Of a stretch of DNA of 20,000 nucleotides, positions 1 to 9,748 are shown piece after piece. The stretch lies in assembly GCA_002245135.1 (NCBI GenBank), contig NGBS01000037.1, forward strand, positions 58,118 to 78,117. Reading direction: 5' to 3'. Source of the stretch: Proteromonas lacertae. Its lineage: Eukaryota. A program made the position numbers and the translations under genes. The notes under the pieces are model-generated. The model saw nothing but the letters and a program-made list of their open reading frames with translations. It was not told the origin of the DNA and searched no databases. Numbering within the stretch: position 1 is the first letter of the stretch; every line of letters begins with the position of its first letter.

Positions 1-306
1 GATACATTCTCTAGATATCCATGGTTCGCAATTATTGCCTGTATCTTTTTCCTGATTATAGCGATTTTTACCTAGTTTATCTTTATTATCACATTGTTCC
101 AATGGTATTCTTTTATCTGACGATATTTTTTGGTAAATTTTTCTATATTCTACAATCTTTTTATCAATTTCATGTGAAAAGCTAATATTATATAGATTAA
201 CCTTGTTAAACATATAAATATTAGCTTTATCATTCTTTTGTAATAACTTGTAGAATATCATTATTACAAGGCTAAAAGATGTTAGGCTAAGTAATTCAAT
301 AATCAT
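1..306 (-). CDS. 5' part of a type II membrane protein gene that runs off the left edge; possibly a SAM-dependent methyltransferase-like protein
   Basis: Manual translation from ATG at 306 gives 102 open codons: MIIELLSLTSFSLVIMIFYKLL (signal anchor) ... NNCEPWISRECI. The PW motif at the edge is the only hint of a methyltransferase, so the product call is weak. It is divergent from the 415 gene across an HSE-like site. Confidence 0.6.
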   Translation of the reverse strand, partial: MIIELLSLTSFSLVIMIFYKLLQKNDKANIYMFNKVNLYNISFSHEIDKKIVEYRKIYQKISSDKRIPLEQCDNKDKLGKNRYNQEKDTGNNCEPWISRECI

Positions 307-350
307 ATTATAAGATAAGAATAATAAACTTCTATAATAGTAAAAGTATT

Positions 351-365
351 AGAAATTTCTTGAAA
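351..365. promoter_or_regulatory. HSE-like element aGAAatTTCttGAAa between divergent genes
   Basis: Three alternating nGAAn units about 45-50 nt from both ATGs (306 and 415). Confidence 0.6.
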
Positions 366-414
366 ATGTTCAAACATACTCAAATTATTTTAATTTCTTT
401 TTTAATATATATTC

Positions 415-1275
415 ATGCTCAGCTGTTATTTGTTCTTCTTTTCTTTTCTTTTCTTGTTTTCTTCTAATAAACAAATGTTTAATAATAAAAGAGATTTGAA
501 AGAAAAAAGAGAAGTGATTTATAAAGCAGTTATATCAGTTAGAGCATCTCATCCTACTGAATCTCAAATTAATCGATTTATAGAATGGGAAAATAGTTTA
601 GATGATTGTTATAAGTTAATAGTTTTAACAGACGATAAATCCTTACATATATTAGATATTGATATTGAACTAGTTACAGCACATGAAGTAGTATCAAAAT
701 GGCCAGCTATTAAAAAGCTAGGAAGTGATTGAGGTAATCAAAAAGACTCATTCTATATGTGGTCATCTTCCCATGAACATATTGTATTATGGTCGAGAAA
801 AACCAAACTAAAATTTGAATATTTATGGCATTTAGAACAAGATTTAGGTTATTCTGGAAATATAAACAAATTTTTGAAATATTATGATAATTTTAATGTC
901 GATGTAATTTCATTACCATATGGACAAAATAGAAAAAAGACATGGTGGAATAAATGTTATACACAGGAATACAATGACTGGAGAAAAGAATTCTACGATA
1001 AAAAATACAGGTTTGCAAGTAGTGTGTTTATATTTTGATGGAATTACAAAGTATTGGATATTTTATATAATCAATTTGAATTGAAAAGACATACAGTCAA
1101 TGAAGTAGTTACAGCTGAAATAACATTTATCTTTCATTTATCAGTTAGAATAATATCACAAAAATATATTGGTGCTTATTGTGTATGGAATGGGAGAATT
1201 AGTCCTAAACAATGGACAGATATAAATAATAAAATAGAAACAAGAAATAAATTATATCATGCTTTGAAGTTTTAA
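415..1275 (+). pseudogene. DUF3405-like (GT-A-like) type II membrane protein, interrupted by two in-frame TGA codons
   Basis: ORFs 415-732, 757-1038 and 1054-1275 share one frame and are colinear, without indels, with the intact 286-aa paralogue at 10664-11524. TGA 730-732 aligns to TGT (Cys) and TGA 1036-1038 aligns to CGA (Arg). Confidence 0.8.
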
Positions 1276-1333
1276 CATAAAGATGTTATTGTAGTTGAAT
1301 AGTAAATATTAATATATATATTAATGATATTGT

Positions 1334-1350
1334 ATTTATTATACTCGTTA
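1334..1350 (+). promoter_or_regulatory. Dispersed intergenic element ATTTATWATACTCGTTA (representative copy)
   Basis: Core copies at 1339+, 3102-, 3928+, 5290-, 5521+, 7108-, 9605+, 11588+, 14187+, 15755+, 17040- and 17274+. All are intergenic; the function is unknown. Confidence 0.6.
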
Positions 1351-1590
1351 ATTCTATTGTATTTTAGAATAATAAAAGTTGCATTCTAAGATAATATTTA
1401 AAGTAAAATACTTCAATAGAAATAAATAGAATTTGTAAATAAGAAATGTCTTATATATTTATAAATCTTATTAACTGTATTGTTTAAAAGCTATATGTAA
1501 TAAAAATAAAATTGAAATAATATACTGTTGAAAACATTATTAAAAAAGATTAGATTTATAATACTCTTTATTATGTAAATTAATTCAAAT

Positions 1591-1845
1591 AAGTGATAAG
1601 CAAAGATACAATATGTCATAAATATCAACTATTTGAAGGATATAAACAACTTATTCGATCATTTTAATAAACTTCAATATTCTTACTATATCTACTATAT
1701 TATCATTACATTATGTATGATATATGATAGAATAAGATGTATATATATAATCAGAATATTGAAGTTTATTAAAATGATTGAATAAGTTGTTTATGTCCTT
1801 CAAATAGTTGATATTTATGACATACTGTACCTCTACCAATCACTT
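1591..1845. repeat. 93-bp inverted repeat (arms 1591-1683 and 1753-1845, 69-bp spacer); the left arm is an inverted copy of the fucosyltransferase 3' end
   Basis: 1612-1683 equals the reverse complement of 1753-1824 with 2 mismatches. The left arm reads VISKDTICHKYQLFEGYKQLIRSF* against the gene's VIGRGTVCHKYQLFEGHKQLIQSF*. Confidence 0.92.
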
Positions 1846-2890
1846 TTACACAATCATTATAATTAGATACATTTATACATTTACCACTCCACAATAAAGA
1901 CATTAAACCAAATGTACTTTGATTTGTTATTATAAAATAATCTGAATGAGATAATAGTAATATTTCTATAAAAGAACTATCATCAGAAGAATTTCTACTA
2001 TAATGAGATATTCGTCTATTTGATATTAAATTTATTATATATTTCGAATATTTCTTTTCATATTCTTTTAATAATTTACTATTATCACTAAACAAAATCC
2101 ATTTCACTTTTGAGTTTTTACTACTAACATTCATGGCTGTTGATATAAATTCTTTTAATTCATTCTCTAATAGAAAACTACGATTATCTTTGAAATCTCC
2201 TCTTCCTGTTCTTATATGAATTCCTATTACTTTATCATATTCTTTTAGTTTAACATTATAATCATTCCATAATTTTTCATATTTTGGTTTTAGTTTTAAC
2301 ACATTTTTAAATATATTATATTCCATTTCTAATTGTAATTTTCGTATATTTGTTTCATATTTGTTAGATATTAATTTGAATGAATATAATATTTCATTAA
2401 AATATTTCAATAATGCTATATGATAAGATAAATCACACCAGATTACTTGCAAACATTCATAACTACTATTTATTCTTAAGAATTCTTCTATTTCGATTGT
2501 TGACATATCACATAAATTGATTATTTTACAGAAATTATACACTCTCTCAGTAAATTTTGGAAATGGAACACTGAAGAAGCTATCGAATTCTTTCCACTTT
2601 AATACTATTCAAAATTACATATATCATATATTCATTATTATACTTCTAGGATAATGGTTGTTCACCAGTGATAAAATCAATAATTCAACTACTCCTTTTA
2701 TTCGATTTCCTAATCCCCAACTCAAATACTCATAATATGTTTGATTATATGATTTTAAACACCATCTACTATATACCGAAGGAATTGAGTTACAAATGTC
2801 TGAATTTACTGACAATTCGGAAAAATATAATGCAATAATGTATAATAAAGGCAATACAAATAATAACAAAACTAACAACATCTTTATCAT
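1769..2890 (-). CDS. Fucosyltransferase of the alpha-1,2/1,6/O-FucT superfamily (GT11/GT23/GT37-like), about 360 aa, two exons (2890-2644, 2604-1769)
   Basis: N-terminal TM; motifs GLGNRIKG, IGIHIRTGRGD, ILFSDN and EILLLSHSDYFIITNQSTFG. A 39-nt GTATAA...AATAG intron at 2605-2643 removes the stop and joins the two ORFs (PR-I-LKWKEF). Confidence 0.88.
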
Positions 2891-3187
2891 GGAAATAACA
2901 ATAAAAATTAGAAATGTAACAGCTATATTTTAATTAGCCTCATTACATATTCTCATAGATTAGAATCAAATAACAAGTTAATAATACATCAAAAGTATAT
3001 GTTTGATGATATGCTATTCACTTTGAAATTCTTGTATTTAATTAACATAAAAACAATTTGAACATATATGTCTACTTAAGGATGTGAAATATTCTGTCAT
3101 TTTACGAGTATAATAAATATAAATATTTTTAAAACTATATAAATGAGTATTTCTATCAATAATTGGAATTAAGAAAAAATGATTTAC

Positions 3188-3202
3188 AGAAAGTTCTAGA
3201 AA
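3188..3202. promoter_or_regulatory. HSE-like element aGAAagTTCtaGAAa
   Basis: Perfect three-unit array about 300 nt upstream of the fucosyltransferase ATG. Confidence 0.5.
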
Positions 3203-4297
3203 TTAATCAAGTCAAATATATAGATTTGACATATTTACAGTATTTCTTATTAATTACAATATTGTATAATGATAGAAACATATGACTATAGATAATTATA
3301 ATAATTCATATGACTATAATTGCTTACTAATATGTAATATAAGTAGAGATTACAACAAATCATTTTCATTTTATCATATTTTTCATATATATTTCTTTCT
3401 AAGCTTTAGGAAAATAAATTATCAATATTGAAAAAATAATTATCACAATGATTTGAAAATATGTGAATAAATTAACATATAATGACATTTGTACACTTAG
3501 TAAAAAGACTAAATGGAGTGGATTAGCATCTTTATAGCATATTTATATGTGAATTAAAATATGCAGTATAATAATACTTCTCATATTAATCTCAATTTAC
3601 CTTTATAAATTATATAGTTCTATTTTTATGTAGTATTTTATTATTGATTTGTAAATATTATGTTTATTGATGTTAAGATTCCATTTCATGTAGTAAAACT
3701 ACCATAAAAACAGATGTTATTTTATTTTATAATTGTTATTTACTTGTCAGTTACTACATTATTGAATTTGCTTGGATATATTTAATCTCATTTACTATTC
3801 CTATATATATATTAATGTATTTTAACTATTACTATACATAAATATTGTTGCTTAATAAACACGTTCATTCGTTAGTGATTATTAACTAGTATAATAGTGA
3901 TAATTCTATTAAAGAAGATTATATTTATAATACTCGTTATAGTGTATTTTTTAAAACAATATCTATCTAATTAAAATTACTCTTTAAATCAAATTGTTGT
4001 TTTTGTTTCTTTATAATTATTTGTAAATATATTCCTTTTTAAAATAATTAAAATTTAAAACTACCTTCATAATCTTTAATGTTTAGGTTTTATATAAGAT
4101 GGGAATAATATAATTAACATTTATAAAATATTTGTTTATATAATATAATAATTAATATGTAGTATGATTTTAACTTTATCAATGTGATTTACTTAATTTG
4201 TAGGTCTATTATAATAATTAAAGAATTTATTTCTAAAAATCTAGTCGTTTCAATTTCATTTCAATTTATTTATTTTGTAATTTAACCATATTAGAAT

Positions 4298-5269
4298 ATG
4301 ATATATTTGTTATTAATACTATTATTTATCCGATTTTCTTATTGTTATAGTCAAAAACTGTGTGATGAGTTATTGATTGTAGAATCTAGTTATAATCATT
4401 CTAAGTGTATTTTATCAAATAGAAAATATGTGCCATTAGATAAATGGACAAAAAAGTCAGTAAAATATCCAAAAATGTATATTAGTGATATTATAGGTGA
4501 AACAGTGATAAAGAGAAGTTTAATGTTGATAGGTGTTCAAGTGTATTCTACTATGTTTTACGATAGATATGTTTATAGAAAATTATATAAGAATTATGAA
4601 AAAGTCCAATTATTATTCTTCTTGGGTTTAACAGATAATGATTTAATAAATGGCAGAATAATTCAAGAGAGTATGATATATAAAGATATGGTAATATTCA
4701 ATTTTACTACTTCTTATCAAACACTACATATTCAAACATATAATTTCTTAAAATGGATAGAAAGACATAAACATATGTATAAATATATAATAAAACAAGA
4801 TAGTGATACATTTCTGAATATACCACTTCTTCTTGATAAAATTAAATCAATATCTTTAAAATATAATAATAGTTTTATGATGGGATATGTATTTGATGAA
4901 TGTTTCTTTTGTTTTACAAGATATAGAATCGCTTATGCAAGTGGAATGTGTTATATATTTCCATCCAAAATAATAAGTGAAATGAATAAAGTGGGTGATG
5001 AATTAATAAAGAAAACATATCCTGGTTATCCTGAAGACTTCTTTACTGGTAAATTAATACAAAACAATAATAAGATAAAACTAATAGATTCTAATAAATG
5101 TTATAATCTATTATCATATCTAAATCCTCCTAAAGAGTTGAAGTTCTCTGATAATCTGTTGATAGTTCATCATCTCAAAATATCAGAAATTGCTTTTATT
5201 CATTTACATTTCATAAAGAATTTAACAGTTAGAAATATATGTTATTATAATTTTAAATCAGCTTACTGA
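4298..5269 (+). CDS. GT31 (Galactosyl_T) beta-1,3-glycosyltransferase-like protein, 323 aa, intronless
   Basis: N-terminal hydrophobic segment; motifs FFLG, QESMIYKDM, KQDSDTF (DxD), YASGMCY and EDFFTG. Confidence 0.9.
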   Translation: MIYLLLILLFIRFSYCYSQKLCDELLIVESSYNHSKCILSNRKYVPLDKWTKKSVKYPKMYISDIIGETVIKRSLMLIGVQVYSTMFYDRYVYRKLYKNYEKVQLLFFLGLTDNDLINGRIIQESMIYKDMVIFNFTTSYQTLHIQTYNFLKWIERHKHMYKYIIKQDSDTFLNIPLLLDKIKSISLKYNNSFMMGYVFDECFFCFTRYRIAYASGMCYIFPSKIISEMNKVGDELIKKTYPGYPEDFFTGKLIQNNNKIKLIDSNKCYNLLSYLNPPKELKFSDNLLIVHHLKISEIAFIHLHFIKNLTVRNICYYNFKSAY

Positions 5270-5274
5270 ATAAT

Positions 5275-5282
5275 TGTTTGTT
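5275..5282 (+). terminator. TGTTTGTT 3'-end/polyadenylation-associated motif
   Basis: It lies exactly 5 nt after the TGA at 5267-5269, matching the motif and spacing described for Blastocystis poly(A) sites. Confidence 0.45.
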
Positions 5283-5437
5283 GATATAATAACGAGTATA
5301 ATATACACAATTATTTTTAAAAGACAAATCGAATAAAACAATGGCAACCTCAACTTCACTTCATATCATTTATTATAATGAAATTCAATAAATACTGTCA
5401 ATATGTCAAATTCATTGATTTGATTTGATTGATTCCT

Positions 5438-5452
5438 AGAATATTCTAGAAA
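5438..5452. promoter_or_regulatory. HSE-like element aGAAtaTTCtaGAAa (duplicate at 17120-17134)
   Basis: Perfect three-unit array located between convergent gene ends. Confidence 0.5.
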
Positions 5453-5621
5453 TTATTTTCTATTTTCATTCTATTTAAAGTGATATTGGTTTTTATATTT
5501 TTTAAAAATAACTATATTTGTTATACTCGTTATTAATTAACACAAGATGGTGATTTTAACAATAATGATGTGAAAGAGTTCTATATTAAAGTAGGATATA
5601 GAAATAAATAATATAATTATA

Positions 5622-5853
5622 TTAAGAACTCAATTTAAGTTTTATATAATCTGTCATTACTAGAATAATAGTAATTATCACAACAGCAATAGTCTTCTTA
5701 TCAAAACCTCCTGTTTCAGTTCCTCTTCCAAATGATAATGGCTTGGCTAAAACTCTTCCTAATATATCACCAACCATAAAAGTAACAAAACCAAATATAG
5801 CATCTAATATATAATGATTTGCTGTTACGATTATAACAAATAAGGTGTATATT
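5622..5853 (-). pseudogene. 3'-terminal fragment of the PAP2/IPC-synthase-like gene carried by the inverted duplication
   Basis: It is the reverse complement of 16719-16950 (IYTLFVIIVTANHYILDAIFG...KLKLSS*) with 2 substitutions seen and no 5' part. Confidence 0.9.
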
Positions 5854-5935
5854 TGAAAGGATATATTTTTATTAATTTTATCACCATAAGCAAAAACAAA
5901 TTAATTATAAAAAGAGATATAATTGGGTTAATTAT

Positions 5936-6982
5936 TCAAAAGTAATAATGAAATTCTTTATGATAATAATGTCTCCAGAGGTATATAATTACACTTGAAG
6001 GTAGTTCATGAATTGAGACAAAGCTCTTCTTCAAGTAGATATCCTTAAAATTATACTGCCATAAACTGATGTATATATCTTCATTATTAGTCCATTTTAC
6101 ATTTGTTATTTTATATTGTTTCATAATTTGACCATAATATACATCTTCAATATCATGGATAGGTTTAACAAACTTATACTTTTCAACTATAAGTTGAATG
6201 AAGTTTTTTGAAAATACATAAAATGAACCACATGGATACACTATTTTTTTCTTATATAATACTTTATACCCTATTATATCATATGATTTATAATTTGTTA
6301 ATAATTTACCTAATAAATCACTTTTTATAAACATATCTGAATTAGCTCTAACTACATATTTCATATATTTATAACTCTTTAGGATGAATTTATAACATAA
6401 TAACAACTGTAATGTTATTAATTTGTAAGAATTAGTATAGTTAAACACTAAAATATCATCAAACATTCTATTTTCTTCTTCTATGTAATTAAAAGGATAG
6501 CAACTGCGATTATTATCATCACATTCATCAGGCTTACCCATTACAAATATGTATTTGTACATATAATGACTATATTTCTTTATCTTTGCATATGTGTTTC
6601 TTATAGCTATTCTTGGCTGTAATTGAGTTGGACTAATAGGAATTACAATTACTACATTTGCAATTGTTAATTTTTTTGGCGCAACTAGCACATCATAATT
6701 TAAATTTAAATCTTCATAAAAAGACAGATTAAACGGATGTAACATATAATAATTCTTGGAATATTTAGTTTTGTATATCTCAATATCTTTCTCCATACAA
6801 TTATACAATGGTTTTATGTTCATACATCCCATCAATTCATCAAATTGATAATGAAGTATATTCTTTTCTTTTTTATACAATTCTTTAAAGGTTAAAGGAT
6901 ATTCATGTTTATTTTTACTAAAGAAACTAATAAAAATACAAACTACCACCATAACAACAATTAATAATATGCATTTATACAT
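5936..6982 (-). CDS. GT31 (Galactosyl_T) glycosyltransferase, 348 aa, intronless
   Basis: N-terminal TM; motifs RIAIRNTY, FVMG, EEENRMFDDIL, RANSDMF (NxD variant of DxD), YPCGSFY and EDVYYG. Confidence 0.9.
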   Translation of the reverse strand: MYKCILLIVVMVVVCIFISFFSKNKHEYPLTFKELYKKEKNILHYQFDELMGCMNIKPLYNCMEKDIEIYKTKYSKNYYMLHPFNLSFYEDLNLNYDVLVAPKKLTIANVVIVIPISPTQLQPRIAIRNTYAKIKKYSHYMYKYIFVMGKPDECDDNNRSCYPFNYIEEENRMFDDILVFNYTNSYKLITLQLLLCYKFILKSYKYMKYVVRANSDMFIKSDLLGKLLTNYKSYDIIGYKVLYKKKIVYPCGSFYVFSKNFIQLIVEKYKFVKPIHDIEDVYYGQIMKQYKITNVKWTNNEDIYISLWQYNFKDIYLKKSFVSIHELPSSVIIYLWRHYYHKEFHYYF

Positions 6983-7058
6983 TACTTACTGTATAATTCT
7001 TCCATTTTCATAATAATCAAATTATAGTACTTCGATGGTAATATAATGATATTTAAAT

Positions 7059-7073
7059 TTTCAAGAAATTTCT
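7059..7073. promoter_or_regulatory. HSE-like element tTTCaaGAAatTTCt
   Basis: Three units about 77 nt upstream of the GT31 ATG at 6982. Confidence 0.6.
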
Positions 7074-7174
7074 ATGAATTTCTTTTTAATATAATTTATA
7101 AGATAAATAACGAGTATAATGTATATAATGGTTTTTAAAAGATAAATAATCATCAAATATACAGTATAACAAGT

Positions 7175-8149
7175 TTAAAATTTAAACGAAAAGAAGTTAT
7201 ATATTTTATTCATAAAACCTTTTTCTTTTTGTGTAGCAAGAGGCATTGATCCTTTAATTTTCAAATCATAACCTGAGTGATTTATCTTCTGAGATCTGTT
7301 AACATAATATTTGAAAGATTGAGGAATAGTATTTGGAGTAATATACCAATCAAGATGATGAGATATATAAGGCGCTAATGTTCTATAATGATTTCCTTTG
7401 AATCTTTTTAATCTATTATCTCTTCTTCTCATTCCTATTGTTGTATCTATTTGTGAATTTACAATAGTGTAATAATTACCATCATATAATATATCATAAT
7501 GATTCTTCAAAAAAAATTGATTTTCCCATTCATATATTTTCTCTTTATTTGATGGTAAATCACTTATCATTAAAGCTGGTCCAATAACATCTACATTTCT
7601 ACAGTTTTTTAGAACGGATGAATAAAACTGTATTATATTTAGTGGCACATTATTCAATACACAATCAATATCACCAAATATATAATATTCAAATTGTTTA
7701 TTATTATCCATATATTCTTCTATTAACTGTGGAATCTCATATTTAATAATCTCATCAAATGTGTCAGACTTTAAATATATTATCTTAATATTAAACTTCT
7801 TTAACTCTTTATATACTAATTTAATACTGTTTAGCGATGATTTATGATCCAATATAATGATTTTTAGTTTATTATGCTTCCTCAATCTCATCCAATAATA
7901 CAGCGAATATTTTAAAGCATATAATCTATCCTTACTTAATAAAAACACCGGAATTTCTAAACTTGTTTCTTTTAACAGTGGATAAGTACATCCTGGATAG
8001 TTATAATGACTATATAAGTAACTTTTCTCATAATATTGTAAAGTCTCATTAATTCCTGTGAAATTAATGTTATAATCTCTATAGTAATAATTAAAATAAT
8101 ACAGTGTAGATATTAATACTACTACACTTGTAAAATGAAATAATTTCAT
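7175..8149 (-). CDS. GT2/GT-A-fold glycosyltransferase-like protein, 324 aa, intronless
   Basis: N-terminal TM; motifs KDRL, IIILDHKS, GDIDCVL (DxD), GPALMISDLP, WENQF, IDTT and HHLDWY. Confidence 0.75.
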   Translation of the reverse strand: MKLFHFTSVVVLISTLYYFNYYYRDYNINFTGINETLQYYEKSYLYSHYNYPGCTYPLLKETSLEIPVFLLSKDRLYALKYSLYYWMRLRKHNKLKIIILDHKSSLNSIKLVYKELKKFNIKIIYLKSDTFDEIIKYEIPQLIEEYMDNNKQFEYYIFGDIDCVLNNVPLNIIQFYSSVLKNCRNVDVIGPALMISDLPSNKEKIYEWENQFFLKNHYDILYDGNYYTIVNSQIDTTIGMRRRDNRLKRFKGNHYRTLAPYISHHLDWYITPNTIPQSFKYYVNRSQKINHSGYDLKIKGSMPLATQKEKGFMNKIYNFFSFKF

Positions 8150-8646
8150 TTATTAAGTAAAAATAGTCGTTTCATTGAGGCTATAAATAAATAACACAAA
8201 AATACTATCTAATATTAGAAATGAACTGTTATTAATATAATTAACAATTATTTCTGTATATATATATATAAGATGATTATAATGAATAATTTCTATATTT
8301 TTAATTTCACTTTAAAAGTATGTGTATTTTTTCTTATATACGTTTCCTGACTAATATTAAAATAATAGATAAAACAAATATAATCACTTAACCCTAATAC
8401 ATACTTTTGTAAATTTTACATATTGACCTAAGAAATTTTTAGAAAATTCTTATCATCATTTTTTAATCTATCAAAATAAAATGTATTAATCCACACCATT
8501 CAGTTTATAGAATGATTGAGTTTGATTTTTGTTTATATGTTTATTAATGAATGTTATATTTATTATACTCCTTTTAGTGAATAATACTATTAACACAGTT
8601 AATTTTATTAAATGTATTCTATACTCACTATAATAATTTTCATAAC

Positions 8647-9553
8647 ATGAATATTAATAGCATTAAAATAAAATGTAATAAAAACTTGAAAGGCTTGACT
8701 TCATTAATGTTGAAGTTGAATGTTTATATCACTTTGTCAATAATAGTATTAATTTCAATAGTGATATACTTACTATATCCTAGTTCTATTGATAATCCAG
8801 TATATAAAATAGCATCAAATAATACATATGAATGCTTTATACCTGAAAAGTATGTATATCAACAACCACCTTATGATATACTAATAGTATCTACAAATTG
8901 TTTTAAAAATAAGGATTTTAATATCAAAAATAGTAAATTTCCTATAATTATGTTACATTGTAGCAGAGAAACAAATTGGAAAGATTCTAGAGAAGGTGGT
9001 TTGATGTTATTATTCATACATAGACAAAAGTTACATCATTTAGCAAAAAAGTACATTTTCATACACGATCATAACACATCTTGGCATTACAATACTAATA
9101 TATGGGATAGAATTAATTACATTGTTAATACAGATTACTTTAAAGAAAGAGAATATGGTGCTCTTTATTGTGAATATTATTATTTTGGCAAAGGAACACA
9201 TGCTGATGTTACAGCACATAACATACAAAAAGTCTATGATGAAATAGACTATCTGCATTTAAACATATCAAAACCAAATGAATTAATAAAAGAAAAATAC
9301 ATCATCCCTTGTTGTTCCAGTTTCTTCATTGATGCTAATGTATATGACAGATTTGATAATAATTATTTCATCAATTTATTCATTTCTTTAAGAAACCATA
9401 CAATAAAATATTATAATAGATATAAAAAATGAGTATCACAAAAAAGTAATTCATATTAATTGGTTAAATGGAGTATTTTTAGAGATTTTTTGGAGTATAT
9501 TCTTAGGATATAAAGTATTACCTTTTCCACCTAATTGTACTAATCATTTATAA
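8647..9553 (+). CDS. DUF3431-like type II membrane protein with a +1 frameshift near 9424-9432 (likely start ATG 8707)
   Basis: Motifs REGGLMLLFI, YIFIHDH..SWH and PCCSSFFI. The family-like C-terminus (NGVFLEIFWSIFLG...NHL*, TAA 9551-9553) lies in the +1 frame after TAT AAA AAA TGA. Confidence 0.75.
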
Positions 9554-9748
9554 TTGTTATAATCAATATAAAAGATATAATTTTGTTAAAGACAGTAATA
9601 TTTATAATACTCGTTAAGGAATGATGAATAAATTATATAAACAAGTACATTATTTACAGGATAGTTTAGTAATTGTTTATTATTAACTCTCTAATTAAAA
9701 AATAATAAACACGAATAAGAAAATATTCAACTACATACAAGATTATTA

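Larger units (their letters stand above)
355..1370 (+). repeat. About 1.0-kb direct duplication, copy A (copy B at 10604-11619)
   Basis: A constant offset of 10249 holds from atttct..gaaaatgttcaaacatactc through to attctattgtattt(t/c)agaat. Confidence 0.95.
4205..5853. repeat. About 1.65-kb inverted segmental duplication, copy A (copy B at 16719-18377)
   Basis: Reverse-complement near-identity covers the GT31 gene, the intergenic spacer (one 3-nt indel) and the PAP2 3' end. The outer ~20 bp at 4205-4224 is looser. Confidence 0.95.

Noticed and set aside
3279..3319. Short direct repeat catatgactata (two copies) and scattered (TA)n tracts
   Set aside because: These are expected in DNA this AT-rich and have no supporting structure.
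415..6982. Genome-wide reassignment of TGA to an amino acid
   Set aside because: The two internal TGAs align to different residues (Cys, Arg), the TGA at 2624-2626 lies in an intron, and TGA ends the GT31 genes at plausible positions.
9040..9258. 72-aa minus-strand ORF
   Set aside because: It is an antisense shadow within the DUF3431 gene and has no motifs.
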